IMG/VR virus record: IMGVR_UViG_3300028887_000066
Location: 179,550 to 243,549 of that record
Source of the DNA: a virus
Lineage: Duplodnaviria; Heunggongvirae; Uroviricota; Caudoviricetes
Reading direction: 5' to 3' (one strand)
DNA length: 64,000 nucleotides
In this document: one piece after another, positions 16,548 to 26,657 of the stretch
Numbering within the stretch: the first letter of the stretch is position 1
Layout: the number at the start of each line of letters is the position of its first letter
Program-made: the position numbers and the translations under genes
Notes under the pieces: generated by a model
What the model was told of the DNA's origin: nothing
What the model saw: only the letters and a program-made list of their open reading frames with translations
The model's database searches: none

Positions 16548-17311
16548 TGATTGCGCTCATTTCCTCCTACGCATGATGTAGGTGTGCTTACCGCTTTACA
16601 CGTGATGTCGGCTAATATACACCATCGCGCTCTATGTAAATGCCCCTCATCACTGAAAGACAATGCAAAGATACGACTTTTTTATTAAATGGCCAAATAT
16701 TTCACAATATTTTTTTACGTTGATCAAATAATATCCATTTCCCAAAATAACAAGGTGTAAACAAAATAATTTGTTTTCCTTACATAATGTAAGTATACCC
16801 CCATATGAAAAATTTTCAAAGTGTAAGAAAAATAACGATTTTAGTTACAAAATGAAAATAGTGGAGAACTACCGTCTGTTCCCCTCCTATTTGATCACCT
16901 GATTATTTATTTTTTTTTATTGTGGTCGGCAAAAATTTTCATGAAAAATTTTAGGAAAATTATCACAAACGACAGTTTTTACGCCATTTATCTTATCAAT
17001 TATTTGTTGAATTTTTTGCCGCAAGAATCAACTATTTTTACGGCATAATCCATTACTAAGCAGTTTGTTTATTATAAATAGTTTAGGTGTCATAGTGTTA
17101 AACGAAGAAAAAAAGTAAGCATTATCTTCAAAGGTGCAGTCTGCCTTTTTCGCCCATTACTCTGCTAATGTTGTAACTGCAATTTCTCTTGAGAGGCAAA
17201 AAAACACCTTTAGTCCACGTCACCAACCTTTTGCGGATAAGGACACAAGAAAGGGCGTAGATGTTCACGTTGACTTCAACTTTCGCAACGTCATTAAAGG
17301 CAAATTAAACT

Positions 17312-17420
17312 TTGACGTTTCACAGGGTAGCCAACGCAAGAACCCTCACCGTCCAGACACCCGCACCTCTACGGGCGTTTATATTTCTTTCCTTATTATT
17401 TATTCTTTTCCATTCCCATC
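17312..17420 (-). ncRNA. Putative TnpB omegaRNA scaffold / IS right end
   Basis: GC-rich structured stretch overlapping the tnpB 3' end and ending GAAACGTCAA; TCAA is a typical IS200/IS605 right-end tetramer. Confidence 0.5.
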
Positions 17421-18511
17421 CTGAGGATATTCTTCGCAGCATTGACATCCCTGTTGTGCCTTGTCCCGCAGTTAGGGCAGACCCAACTCCTATCCTTCAA
17501 TGTAATTTCATTATTTACGTATCCGCAATGTGAGCAGGTCTTAGTGGACGGCTCGAATCTTCCTATTGTTATTATATTCTTTCCGTTCCACTCCGCCTTA
17601 TATTCAAGTTGTCTCTTGAATTCTCCCCATGCTGCTGATTGTATGGAGTTGGCAAGATGATGGTTTTTTACCATTCCCTCGATATTCAGGTTCTCAAGGC
17701 ATACGGTATCATAATTATTAATGATAGCTGATGAGATATCATGCAGGAAGTGTTCTCTTCTGTTATTGATTTTCCTGTATTGTCTTGCGACTCTCATTCT
17801 CATTGCCTCATGTCTTTTTGAGTCTTTCTTTGTCCTTGCGAACTTTTTTTGTAAGATAGCAAGTTTCCTTTGTCCTTTTTCCAAGAACTTAGGATTTCCG
17901 TACTTCGTTCCGTCTGAGAGTATTGCGTAATCCTTGATGCCTAAGTCTATACCGACGGCGGTTTCCTCGATTACCTTGGTTTTCGGAGTATTCTCGATTC
18001 CGTCATCCGTAAGTATCACACACCAATATGTTCCGCAATGGTCTCTTGACACGGTACAAGTACCTTGCTTTGTATTTGACTGATCAAATGTCCTGTTTTT
18101 GCATATGTTAATCCATCCTATTCTTGGTATCTTTACTTTCCACTCATTAAAGTCAAAATGGACGCATTGTACATATTTTACCGAGTCTCTTGAGTTTTTC
18201 TTTGATTTGAACTTGGGGTATCCGTTATGTTGCTTAAAGAAATTATCGTATGCAGCACTCATGTTCCTTAGTGACTGCTGAAGTATATCATTGGCTACGT
18301 CGTTTAGCCACTTATATTCCTCTTGTTTCTTCAATAGGGTCATTTCCTTGGCTATATCCACATATGAGAGTTTTTTCTTTTCCGTCTCATACGCGGTCTT
18401 TTTCCTATCGAGTCCCCAATTGTATATGAAACGGGCGCACCCGAATGCCTGTGAAAGAAGTTGCTTCTGTTCATCGGTTGGTTTCATCTTATACTTGTAT
18501 GCTCGTTTCAT
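17396..18511 (-). CDS. tnpB: IS200/IS605-family RNA-guided endonuclease TnpB (no tnpA)
   Basis: N-terminal HTH (AFGCARFIYNWGL); RuvC-I VGIDLG, RuvC-II CLENL, zinc finger CSHCG/CPNCG, RuvC-III RDVNAAKNI. Confidence 0.92.
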   Translation of the reverse strand: MKRAYKYKMKPTDEQKQLLSQAFGCARFIYNWGLDRKKTAYETEKKKLSYVDIAKEMTLLKKQEEYKWLNDVANDILQQSLRNMSAAYDNFFKQHNGYPKFKSKKNSRDSVKYVQCVHFDFNEWKVKIPRIGWINICKNRTFDQSNTKQGTCTVSRDHCGTYWCVILTDDGIENTPKTKVIEETAVGIDLGIKDYAILSDGTKYGNPKFLEKGQRKLAILQKKFARTKKDSKRHEAMRMRVARQYRKINNRREHFLHDISSAIINNYDTVCLENLNIEGMVKNHHLANSIQSAAWGEFKRQLEYKAEWNGKNIITIGRFEPSTKTCSHCGYVNNEITLKDRSWVCPNCGTRHNRDVNAAKNILRMGMEKNK

Positions 18512-18550
18512 TTTCTTTTTTTATATGAATTAATTGCTGAAAAATCGGTG

Positions 18551-18775
18551 TTACAGTTCTGCTTCCCAAACAACAATATCCTTTTGTGCTATTATCAATT
18601 GTCGGTGTTTAACACAGAACTCCCTTGCCTCATCCACTGTATCGCAAGTTGGTGCTAACGGCTTGTCGAAAGTACAACCTCTCCATCTTGTAGTGTTGTC
18701 AGGAAGTTGTTCTTCCCATTGAGGTATGTATTTTGTCTTATTGTCTCTAATGACTTCTATAACCCTATATTTCAT
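18551..18775 (-). CDS. Hypothetical protein
   Basis: Tiling ORF. Confidence 0.6.
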   Translation of the reverse strand: MKYRVIEVIRDNKTKYIPQWEEQLPDNTTRWRGCTFDKPLAPTCDTVDEAREFCVKHRQLIIAQKDIVVWEAEL

Positions 18776-19365
18776 GATTCTCCTTCTGTATGAATTAAAT
18801 ATTTTTCAAGTCTTACGGCATCTTCCATAGAGATGGAAACATGGGTAGGCAAGCTATTTACTTCTGACAGATTCCAACAGGCACATTTTACGGGTTCCTC
18901 ATAAGTCCAATGAGCGCATGTCATATTCTTAATACACGCACGGGCGGGACAGCCTACTCTGCATATATGGTCTTCCTTAATAAATGGCTCTTCCTCGTGA
19001 TACTTCTCCCATTCCTTTTCAATATCACTCAAAGTGCTTTCTGGATATTCTTCATGCCCGCAGGTAAATGAACTTAAGGTAAAGAGGTTGTCTACTCTGT
19101 CTTCGATCCTCTTTTTTCTCCACTCAATTTCCTTTTCTATTTCCTCCGTTTCATGACCGAAGGCTTTGCCATTTCTTTTCAGGGCATTGGGTTGTAAAGA
19201 GAAATACCAAGAAAGGCATCTGTTGTCATGAGGGACTCCTTCCTTAAAAGCGTACTCGATGTATGTACCCTTTTCATCCTGTCTAAGCCAAACATATTTA
19301 TCCTCTTGATGGCTCAACCTCGCATAGAGTCTTAATATGTTGAGTTCTTCTTTTGTAGGTTTCAT
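18772..19365 (-). CDS. Hypothetical protein
   Basis: ORF after promoter at ~19408-19441. Confidence 0.7.
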   Translation of the reverse strand: MKPTKEELNILRLYARLSHQEDKYVWLRQDEKGTYIEYAFKEGVPHDNRCLSWYFSLQPNALKRNGKAFGHETEEIEKEIEWRKKRIEDRVDNLFTLSSFTCGHEEYPESTLSDIEKEWEKYHEEEPFIKEDHICRVGCPARACIKNMTCAHWTYEEPVKCACWNLSEVNSLPTHVSISMEDAVRLEKYLIHTEGES

Positions 19366-19438
19366 ATTCTCTTTCTTTTTTTATTTGTTTTTTACGATGC
19401 AAAGATAGGATTATTTTTTGGATTGGCCAAATGGTTTT

Positions 19439-19648
19439 TTAAATTTTCTCCGCATCCTTCAAACGTTCCAATACCCAAGACAATGCCTTTGTCTGTCCTA
19501 CGTTAATACCGTGATCAAAGGAATACTTACCGTTTTTTACATATTTAATGTTTTCAGCCCCAAGCAATACAAGCTTCAAGGATATATCCTTTGCAAGTTC
19601 TGACTTATATTCGCTTCTTACGTGTTCTATTACTTCCTGTAATTCCAT
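19439..19648 (-). CDS. Hypothetical protein
   Basis: Tiling ORF. Confidence 0.6.
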   Translation of the reverse strand: MELQEVIEHVRSEYKSELAKDISLKLVLLGAENIKYVKNGKYSFDHGINVGQTKALSWVLERLKDAEKI

Positions 19649-19676
19649 GATTACCGTAGTTCAAATTATGTCATCA

Positions 19677-19997
19677 TTATCCGCATCCTGTATGATCATT
19701 GGTTGCCTTGAACATCCTTATCTTCCACTTGGCCTTTTCGCTATAACATGGGGAATCCCTCAATATCAGCCAATAGTTATTCTTAGTGCCTGAGAATACA
19801 AGCTGTGTCACATTCCACATATGGGCAAAATTGATACCCTCGAATGGGACATGTGGTACATTCCACCACCAATTGATGACTATCTTAAAATACTTGTCCT
19901 TATTGGCTTGGTAGACCTCATTGTACTTTTTGTCATAGCTGTCCTCAGGCTTGTTTTTAATATTGTAGTAGCTGAAACTAAACCATTTCTTTTTCAT
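19677..19997 (-). CDS. Hypothetical protein
   Basis: Tiling ORF. Confidence 0.6.
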   Translation of the reverse strand: MKKKWFSFSYYNIKNKPEDSYDKKYNEVYQANKDKYFKIVINWWWNVPHVPFEGINFAHMWNVTQLVFSGTKNNYWLILRDSPCYSEKAKWKIRMFKATNDHTGCG

Positions 19998-20212
19998 AGT
20001 TCAATTAAGTCCTTAAAATATGCCCATCTTACATTTTCTTTCTTGCACTTATCCCAATCCATCCATGTGCCACCCCCGTAAAATCCGTCAGGGTACAATT
20101 CACCGCATTCAGGGTACTGGAATTCTGTGTCATACCAAATAATTGTTTCTCTTTCTCTTGGTCTTACTGTACTATCATGCCAAACGGTTTCTTTATCATT
20201 CATTAAGTTCAT
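19994..20212 (-). CDS. Hypothetical protein
   Basis: Tiling ORF. Confidence 0.6.
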   Translation of the reverse strand: MNLMNDKETVWHDSTVRPRERETIIWYDTEFQYPECGELYPDGFYGGGTWMDWDKCKKENVRWAYFKDLIEL

Positions 20213-20370
20213 AATCAGAATCTATTTTTTCTTGATCAACTTCCCACTCAACATATTCTGTAGTATTCACGAGGAGATACTTATCATTTTTTACCTCGTT
20301 TACTATATATTCAGGATATATGTCGCATTTTGGCTTTATGATGTCCCCTTCCTTAAACTTCATATGAGTA

Positions 20371-21237
20371 TTATTTTCTTGGTGTTTTAAATCCTAATGA
20401 GGTAACTGCCCCAATTTGTGCTGAATACAGTGCTTCTTTTATCTCTTCATTGGAAAGTTTCTTTCCTCGCATTTTATATAGATTGTCGATTAAGGTAGCC
20501 GTAGTCCAATCTCCTGCCCCAACAGAATTTACTATTTTCATCCCATTCAAGGGTACAGGCGGAACTTCCATCCAATCGGAATTTCTGATTTTAAAAATTA
20601 ATCCGTTTTTACCTCTTGTCTGTATGATGAATTTATTATTGACAGAATCGAAAACATTAATATTTGGTATCCTTTGTTCGGAGAATTTTATTATATGAGA
20701 TAGATTAACACAATCCATAAAGTGTTTCTCGTCTGTTTTGCAAGACGGCTCAAATACTATAAGGGTGTTTTTGTTTTTGCTCTTGATGTTATTCACCATA
20801 TCCATAAATGATGGGGAAATCCTGTCGAAAAACACGACATCTATATTGACGTTATCAATTTTTTGAATAACATCTTTCATTTGGGTTTTCGTATGTGCCG
20901 TAAAATTAAACTTCGGCTCATTGTTCTTGTTCAGATAGGTAAAGTAATGGTCTGATTTCCCTTTTGGTGTATTATGCTGCTGTATTACAGGACAATTGCC
21001 GTCTGTCAGAATAAATTCAGTGGAGATATTGTTTAAGATAAATTCATTCTTTACTTTTTTAGTATGAACAGTATCGTCAAGCCTTGTAATAGGTATAACA
21101 TCCCAACCAAATGTTCTTAATATCATCAGCACATTTCCGCATGTTCCTCCTATATACTCATCTATCACTGTAGTATTATCCGCTTCGCTTATAAGTTGGT
21201 CAAGACTTATAAGACCCATTCCTAAACACATTGCCAT
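20371..21237 (-). CDS. PfkB-family carbohydrate/nucleoside kinase
   Basis: GGTCGNV, IIKFSEQ, IQTRGKNG and VNSVGAGDWTTA (PfkB signature) motifs. Confidence 0.85.
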   Translation of the reverse strand: MAMCLGMGLISLDQLISEADNTTVIDEYIGGTCGNVLMILRTFGWDVIPITRLDDTVHTKKVKNEFILNNISTEFILTDGNCPVIQQHNTPKGKSDHYFTYLNKNNEPKFNFTAHTKTQMKDVIQKIDNVNIDVVFFDRISPSFMDMVNNIKSKNKNTLIVFEPSCKTDEKHFMDCVNLSHIIKFSEQRIPNINVFDSVNNKFIIQTRGKNGLIFKIRNSDWMEVPPVPLNGMKIVNSVGAGDWTTATLIDNLYKMRGKKLSNEEIKEALYSAQIGAVTSLGFKTPRK

Positions 21238-21247
21238 ACACTAAATT

Positions 21248-21493
21248 TTATTTTTCTTCTTTTATAATGTCATTTTTATTTATCGTAGCGAATTGTGGTT
21301 GCAATGGCTTATTGAATGACAGTTGGGCAAGCCATATCTTTCTTGTAAAAGCCAACCTAAACAGTTCTTTCCATGACAGCTTCCAACAAGTTACTACTGT
21401 ACCGTCTTCGAACTTCAATGCAGGTAGTGGCTGATATTCCTTCTGATCCTTTGCAAAAACTACATTATGCTCTTTGAATGCTATTGGCTTCAT
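21248..21493 (-). CDS. Conserved phage protein (DQxEYQPLPA)
   Basis: Tiling ORF. Confidence 0.65.
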   Translation of the reverse strand: MKPIAFKEHNVVFAKDQKEYQPLPALKFEDGTVVTCWKLSWKELFRLAFTRKIWLAQLSFNKPLQPQFATINKNDIIKEEK

Positions 21494-21726
21494 GGTCTAT
21501 ACTCTCCTTTCCAATAAGACTCTTGTTCTTCATAAGTGAACTCTTCTTCTACAGACCAAGCAACTACCGTTATTGACTCATGTTGCCTATAGTAAGATAA
21601 TGTATCCTTAATTGCCTGCTCCACTGTATAGTGATTAACCTTACCCTTTACTTCTACAGTATCATGTTCAAGACCACCATTGCTTACCTGATAAGTAACC
21701 CATAGATTTGTTATTTTATTTTCCAT
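21490..21726 (-). CDS. Hypothetical protein
   Basis: Likely start MENK. Confidence 0.55.
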   Translation of the reverse strand: MENKITNLWVTYQVSNGGLEHDTVEVKGKVNHYTVEQAIKDTLSYYRQHESITVVAWSVEEEFTYEEQESYWKGEYRP

Positions 21727-21740
21727 AGTGTTTTTCTGTT

Positions 21741-22406
21741 TTAAATTAAGTGTTCTAAACAGTATTGAATTGCAGCTTCTACACAACTTTCATATGTATC
21801 CCCAAACTCCATTGAAAAAAGATACTCCCTATTTTTACATAGATGAGACTGATAAACCCATGTGTTTACTTCCTTATGAGGCCCAATAATTATATCTATA
21901 TCATACACTTCTCTCAGCCATTTCATTGTAAGGGACTGGCTTGGTGCTGATATATTGCCTGAAGTGGCCCATCCTTTATTAGTGACTTTTCTGAAATAAT
22001 GTTCTAACTTTGAAGTGTGATAGTAGTGCCAACAAGGTATATTAAAACCTTTTTTCTTCAAAATCTTTGCAGTTTCAAAACTAACATATTGTTCTTCACT
22101 TGAAACTGTTTCTTGTATTGAATCATTGGTAAAGACACTAACGCTATTATTCAAATCAAGTAAATCACTTTGTGCTGTCCCCAAACCAGGATATTCGGGA
22201 AAGGGAATAACTTCAATCGTTACGCCACCATAACCAACGTCTTCATGTTCTTTCAAAGTAGGGTACTTGTTATATTTCAAACCAAACAAAATTTTTTCTT
22301 CAAGTTTTTCATCATTAGAAGGAACATCAATATTAACCCACCATACTTGAGTATAATAAGATAATGTTGGGCCTTGCATTTTTTTCATTATAACTTTATA
22401 AATCAT
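21741..22406 (-). CDS. Hypothetical phage protein (VSFETAKxLKxKGF domain)
   Basis: 221 aa tiling ORF. Confidence 0.7.
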   Translation of the reverse strand: MIYKVIMKKMQGPTLSYYTQVWWVNIDVPSNDEKLEEKILFGLKYNKYPTLKEHEDVGYGGVTIEVIPFPEYPGLGTAQSDLLDLNNSVSVFTNDSIQETVSSEEQYVSFETAKILKKKGFNIPCWHYYHTSKLEHYFRKVTNKGWATSGNISAPSQSLTMKWLREVYDIDIIIGPHKEVNTWVYQSHLCKNREYLFSMEFGDTYESCVEAAIQYCLEHLI

Positions 22407-22837
22407 ACTTTATTTAGAATTTTTAAGTATTTTTTAACGTGATCATTTTCCAATAACCACACCATCATATTATACGCTGCTTCTATTGTGCTATCACCAC
22501 TGGATATTTGTTTGAACTTATCTTTCTTCATATCCTCAATGTTATTAGGCATATAACTTACATGCCATCCTTTACCATTAAGATTGCGATAAATATTCAG
22601 GTCTATGCCTCTTTCCCATTCAAACAAATAAGGAGGCATCAGATTAAGCAATGCGCCAACTGACCAACATGGAATATTACGCAATGATGTATCATGAAGG
22701 CTCCCATTTACTACCTTAGGTATTTGCAAATTCTTTTCAGTTATAAAATTAAATTCATAATACATATCAGCAGTATCTCTTGATAACCCAAGTTCAACTA
22801 ATTTTTTACCCTGTTCAACACTTGTGTAATGGTACAT
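22403..22837 (-). CDS. Hypothetical protein, paralog family A (xEQxKKLxELG...TAD...PxWS)
   Basis: Paralog of 29135, 40287 and 45474. Confidence 0.7.
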   Translation of the reverse strand: MYHYTSVEQGKKLVELGLSRDTADMYYEFNFITEKNLQIPKVVNGSLHDTSLRNIPCWSVGALLNLMPPYLFEWERGIDLNIYRNLNGKGWHVSYMPNNIEDMKKDKFKQISSGDSTIEAAYNMMVWLLENDHVKKYLKILNKV

Positions 22838-22858
22838 ATTTTCTATTATTTAAAATAG

Positions 22859-23140
22859 TTACTTATCATCCTTCCCATATGGCTCTGCTATTTTACTATA
22901 ATTAGATATATTGTTATGTGTTATATGCCCGCCATCACAATTAACCGATAGCTCATGCAACACGATATATCTATGATTATTCACATTAGGTCTGTATTCG
23001 ACAACAATGATTCCACCATTATCTATCCAATCGTCATAATGGTACGTTGGTTGGGTGATATAAACCATTATATTATTCTTACTGTGGGAATACTCATATA
23101 TATTACCACGGTAAGATAGTTTTTTTGCTATATTATTCAT
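22859..23140 (-). CDS. Hypothetical protein
   Basis: Tiling ORF. Confidence 0.55.
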   Translation of the reverse strand: MNNIAKKLSYRGNIYEYSHSKNNIMVYITQPTYHYDDWIDNGGIIVVEYRPNVNNHRYIVLHELSVNCDGGHITHNNISNYSKIAEPYGKDDK

Positions 23141-23354
23141 ATGTATTGTCTATAAGCGTATATTCCTCATTGGGTGATTTTACCTTGTCCTGTTTCCTGA
23201 TATAGTCCAAAGCCTTCTTCTTCGTGTCGAAGTCCGCTATATGGAACTGCCTGTATGATCCGTCAGGCTCATGACAGGTGTATCTTACTATCCATTTATC
23301 GAAGCATGTATTATCCATTCTTTTCCATTTCTTTTGAGAAATTTTGGCACACAA
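23133..23354 (-). CDS. Hypothetical protein
   Basis: Tiling ORF. Confidence 0.55.
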   Translation of the reverse strand: MCAKISQKKWKRMDNTCFDKWIVRYTCHEPDGSYRQFHIADFDTKKKALDYIRKQDKVKSPNEEYTLIDNTYE

Positions 23355-23552
23355 TAACTATAAGTAAGCACATGACGGTGGCTTCAAAGTTTGCATCCCC
23401 ACTTAAATAAGAGAACAACATTATTGCGGCGAATGCGAGATAAACAAATTTGGTGATACTGTTATTCATAACTCATTTGCTTTTAATTAATATATCGCAA
23501 ATTTAAGACTTTATTTTAAACTGACCAAATATTGTTTATTTAATCGTACAGG

Positions 23553-23849
23553 TTATTCTATATATTCATATGAATTCAATCTTATCGGACATGTTGTTGG
23601 GCCAAGATGAACATTCCCGACAACAATGTAGTTGCTTCCTCTATTTGAAGAGAGGTATGGTTTACGCCTTAACCATACGCTGTTTGAATCTTCTGTCACA
23701 TATTTGTAACTGACGATAGTTTCCGTTGTAATTGTCGTATCGGGATATATCGTGGTGTAGTTAATCTTAACCTTACCGTCACTTCTACAAGAAGAAAAAA
23801 GGATGGTTATGAATAACAGTGAAATAAATAATATTTTCTTCATTTTCAT
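23553..23849 (-). CDS. Putative lipoprotein
   Basis: MKKILFISLLFITILFSS-C lipobox-like signal. Confidence 0.6.
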   Translation of the reverse strand: MKMKKILFISLLFITILFSSCRSDGKVKINYTTIYPDTTITTETIVSYKYVTEDSNSVWLRRKPYLSSNRGSNYIVVGNVHLGPTTCPIRLNSYEYIE

Positions 23850-24071
23850 TTATGATCTTGCTAATACTATCCTTGTGATTTTATTGCCGCAGTTAGGACA
23901 TACGATGTCATATCCTGCCGAACCGCTCAGGAATCTGATGTCATTGTACCAATTCCATTCAAGGTCTTCTTTTTTACATCCGCACTTGTCACAGTCATGT
24001 ATCCTGTTCGGGGTTTCCTTATTTATTCTTTCCTTTAGAGCCGTAAGCTCTATCATATTCAACGCTTCCAT
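23850..24071 (-). CDS. Small zinc-ribbon protein
   Basis: CDKCG...CPNCG. Confidence 0.6.
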   Translation of the reverse strand: MEALNMIELTALKERINKETPNRIHDCDKCGCKKEDLEWNWYNDIRFLSGSAGYDIVCPNCGNKITRIVLARS

Positions 24072-24802
24072 CTTTTCCTCTCCTTTATTTCCTCTATCTC
24101 TCTTTCCCTTTGTTCATCCAACAACCTTCTGCACATGTATGTGGCGAGATCGAAATCCTTTTCATCAGGATATTTTTCTATGCATTTTTTAATAATTGAA
24201 TCCAAATCCTTGCCCCAATGACTGTAGAATTTGTGTAGAAGCTTATACTCCGTAGGATGATGCTCCCCGAATATATCTATCAAGGCATTATTGAATAATG
24301 TAAGTTCAGGTATTTCTTCTGAGACTATCCACTTTACAACTCTTTCTGAATCATTGTCCCATAGTTTCATACAATGTTCAACTTCTTGCGAAATATCCCC
24401 GTAATGCCAATCCGAAATTTTCCTTCCGTATTCCCTGATACATCTGTCGGTTATGTCAAATATATTGTCATTACGCCTGAATGCCTTATTAAGAGTTTCC
24501 TGATCAACATCCTTAAACACAGTCATTAACAATGAACAGACATCATTGTAGTTGCCCTCTTTGTCATATATTGAATTGAAATGTCTGTATGTATCATCAG
24601 AGACGGTGACGGCATTATCGTATGCCTTATCCTCTTCATCCCTTCCTATGAAACATGGATTCAGTTTGAGGGTTTCCCTATCAGGTAATGCAAGGGAAAA
24701 TGAAAAGAGTCCGTTTTCCCTGGATGTCATAAAATAATATGAATCGCCATACCCGTATGTCTTTCTGTATATTTTCATATAATGTTTATGAATTACACCC
24801 AA
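24059..24802 (-). CDS. Hypothetical protein
   Basis: 247 aa tiling ORF. Confidence 0.7.
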   Translation of the reverse strand: MGVIHKHYMKIYRKTYGYGDSYYFMTSRENGLFSFSLALPDRETLKLNPCFIGRDEEDKAYDNAVTVSDDTYRHFNSIYDKEGNYNDVCSLLMTVFKDVDQETLNKAFRRNDNIFDITDRCIREYGRKISDWHYGDISQEVEHCMKLWDNDSERVVKWIVSEEIPELTLFNNALIDIFGEHHPTEYKLLHKFYSHWGKDLDSIIKKCIEKYPDEKDFDLATYMCRRLLDEQREREIEEIKERKRWKR

Positions 24803-24803
24803 T

Positions 24804-25076
24804 TCAATACCTCACATTAAACCTTACTTTCAACTGATTACGGCGCACGTTTATCATATAATTGTCTGCCATAAATCGGTTCTTCCAAAGATCAAGTACA
24901 TCACTTGTGTAGTCGTATTTAGTGTTCAGTGTCAGGATGATTGCAAAGCCTGTGTCCTTACATGTGTTCATGTCACACAATGTAGGCATTTCGTGGTCTT
25001 TGATAACGCCCTCTGCTAATTCAGCCTTGATAGCTTTCAGTTCTTCATAGGCTTGGTCTGTTGTTTTCTCTGTCAT
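24804..25076 (-). CDS. Hypothetical protein
   Basis: Tiling ORF. Confidence 0.6.
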   Translation of the reverse strand: MTEKTTDQAYEELKAIKAELAEGVIKDHEMPTLCDMNTCKDTGFAIILTLNTKYDYTSDVLDLWKNRFMADNYMINVRRNQLKVRFNVRY

Positions 25077-25080
25077 AATT

Positions 25081-25563
25081 TTATAAATTTTTTAATATCT
25101 CTTTTTCTGCCAATAACAGAAGCTTTTCCTCTAATCTCTTTGCAGTTTCAAATGGCATTTCATACTTATTGCCATTCGTCGTTGCATAGCATTCAATGAC
25201 GGACTTAACATATTTACCGAACTCCGTAAGCTCCTCATCACTTTCCTCGAATATCATCAAGTCCATACTGGACATCGCTGGCGGCATATATTCCCCATTT
25301 ATCGAGTAGTGTTCCTCATGTTTCTTGCCTTCTGTGTCTGTGATGAGGGCAAGAATGGGATAGTTTTTTCCGTTGATGTCGTTATGATGTTCCAAGTCAT
25401 AGCAGACTATTTCCACACATGGCTCCGAACTCATCCTTAAACCTATCTTCGCTCCGTTTTTTGCCTTGTCTATGTCAAATTCCGTTTTTATTATTTTCTT
25501 TTTCATTTGAAATGAGTTTTTCACATCTGTCACGCCAATAATCTCTTTCATCGGTAATTTCAT
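25081..25563 (-). CDS. Hypothetical phage protein (FDIxKAKxG...YPILAL)
   Basis: Tiling ORF. Confidence 0.65.
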   Translation of the reverse strand: MKLPMKEIIGVTDVKNSFQMKKKIIKTEFDIDKAKNGAKIGLRMSSEPCVEIVCYDLEHHNDINGKNYPILALITDTEGKKHEEHYSINGEYMPPAMSSMDLMIFEESDEELTEFGKYVKSVIECYATTNGNKYEMPFETAKRLEEKLLLLAEKEILKNL

Positions 25564-25608
25564 TTACCTTATCTATGAGGTCTTGTATTTCCTTTGGGTA
25601 TTCCATGA

Positions 25609-26037
25609 TTATCTCCTTCTGTCAAAACACTTGTCTATCCAATTGATAGTGAAACTACTAACTGTTCTCTTCTTCGGGTCACTCTTATAATATGCTCTTC
25701 CCAAGAATATCCACATGAGAGGAATGTTAAGGAAAAGAATGAGTAACCATATGCCAAGAGGTATTACACTTAACCTCCAAAGAAAGTTTTTTTGAGTGCC
25801 ATCCATTCCCTGCCATTTATATGCTTCAAACGGCAGTCGTCCATATTCTCCAGCCCATTCCCTGTGTAGGAGTTCCTTATGATACGCACCTAATGGTGAA
25901 CCCCATGATTCAAATAGGTTTTCAACCTCGCGTATCACATCATAGCTTGAGAGCTTCTTGTATTTGACTCCAAGAGCCTTTATAATTAATGAATCATTTG
26001 TCATCTTGCTTTCCTTTCCAATTTCCGTTTTCGTCAA
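25609..26037 (-). CDS. Hypothetical membrane protein
   Basis: Hydrophobic stretch LWRLSVIPLGIWLLILFLNIPLMWIF. Confidence 0.6.
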   Translation of the reverse strand: MTKTEIGKESKMTNDSLIIKALGVKYKKLSSYDVIREVENLFESWGSPLGAYHKELLHREWAGEYGRLPFEAYKWQGMDGTQKNFLWRLSVIPLGIWLLILFLNIPLMWIFLGRAYYKSDPKKRTVSSFTINWIDKCFDRRR

Positions 26038-26350
26038 AATATTCGGGTTTCCTTTTCTTATATTCTTTCATATTCCATAGATGGTCTTTCCACCCTAACA
26101 TACCATCATAGACATTAATGTAGCCACACCAAAATGCCTGTTCCACTAACTCTACACCAAAGAGATCAAACAAATCGGATAACTGTCCGCCATTGAAATA
26201 ATAAGCGTAAAGCAGAATCTTATATATTCCCTCTGGTTCTTCTTTATCCCTTTGTTTTTTATACGCCTTTATATGCTTGTATTTTTTGTAGCGTTTGTAT
26301 TTCTCTGTGATGTTTTTTCCCTTAAAACAGGTCACTGCTATCCAACTCAT
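25994..26350 (-). CDS. Hypothetical protein
   Basis: Tiling ORF; true start probably downstream. Confidence 0.5.
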   Translation of the reverse strand: MSWIAVTCFKGKNITEKYKRYKKYKHIKAYKKQRDKEEPEGIYKILLYAYYFNGGQLSDLFDLFGVELVEQAFWCGYINVYDGMLGWKDHLWNMKEYKKRKPEYFDENGNWKGKQDDK

Positions 26351-26654
26351 TGTCCCAATATTTACATTCCTTAATCTGACCGCAAGCTATCGCAATTTCT
26401 GCTGCTTCTTTTCTATCCACCCATCTTCCATAGGATGTGTAGAAACCGTCTGTATGGTGATCGACCTCCTTTCCAAATATATGGAGAATTTCCGCATGAT
26501 GTCTTCCAATCCTGATGTCGTAAATGTCATCGAAACTCGGTACATTATCTACCCATAGGCTTTTATGTTTATATATTAGCCTTTTATGGGCTATAGTACC
26601 TGCCCCGTTTAGTTTGTAGGCCGCAGCCACGATATACTCCTTACCGTTATCCAT
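26322..26654 (-). CDS. Conserved phage protein (GRHHAEI...GFYTSxGRWVDRKEA)
   Basis: Motif recurrent in large phages. Confidence 0.65.
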   Translation of the reverse strand: MDNGKEYIVAAAYKLNGAGTIAHKRLIYKHKSLWVDNVPSFDDIYDIRIGRHHAEILHIFGKEVDHHTDGFYTSYGRWVDRKEAAEIAIACGQIKECKYWDNELDSSDLF

Positions 26655-26657
26655 ATA

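Noticed and set aside
17134-17424. 96-aa + strand ORF downstream of tnpB
   Set aside because: Overlaps the omegaRNA region antisense and has no recognisable motif or promoter; not supportable.
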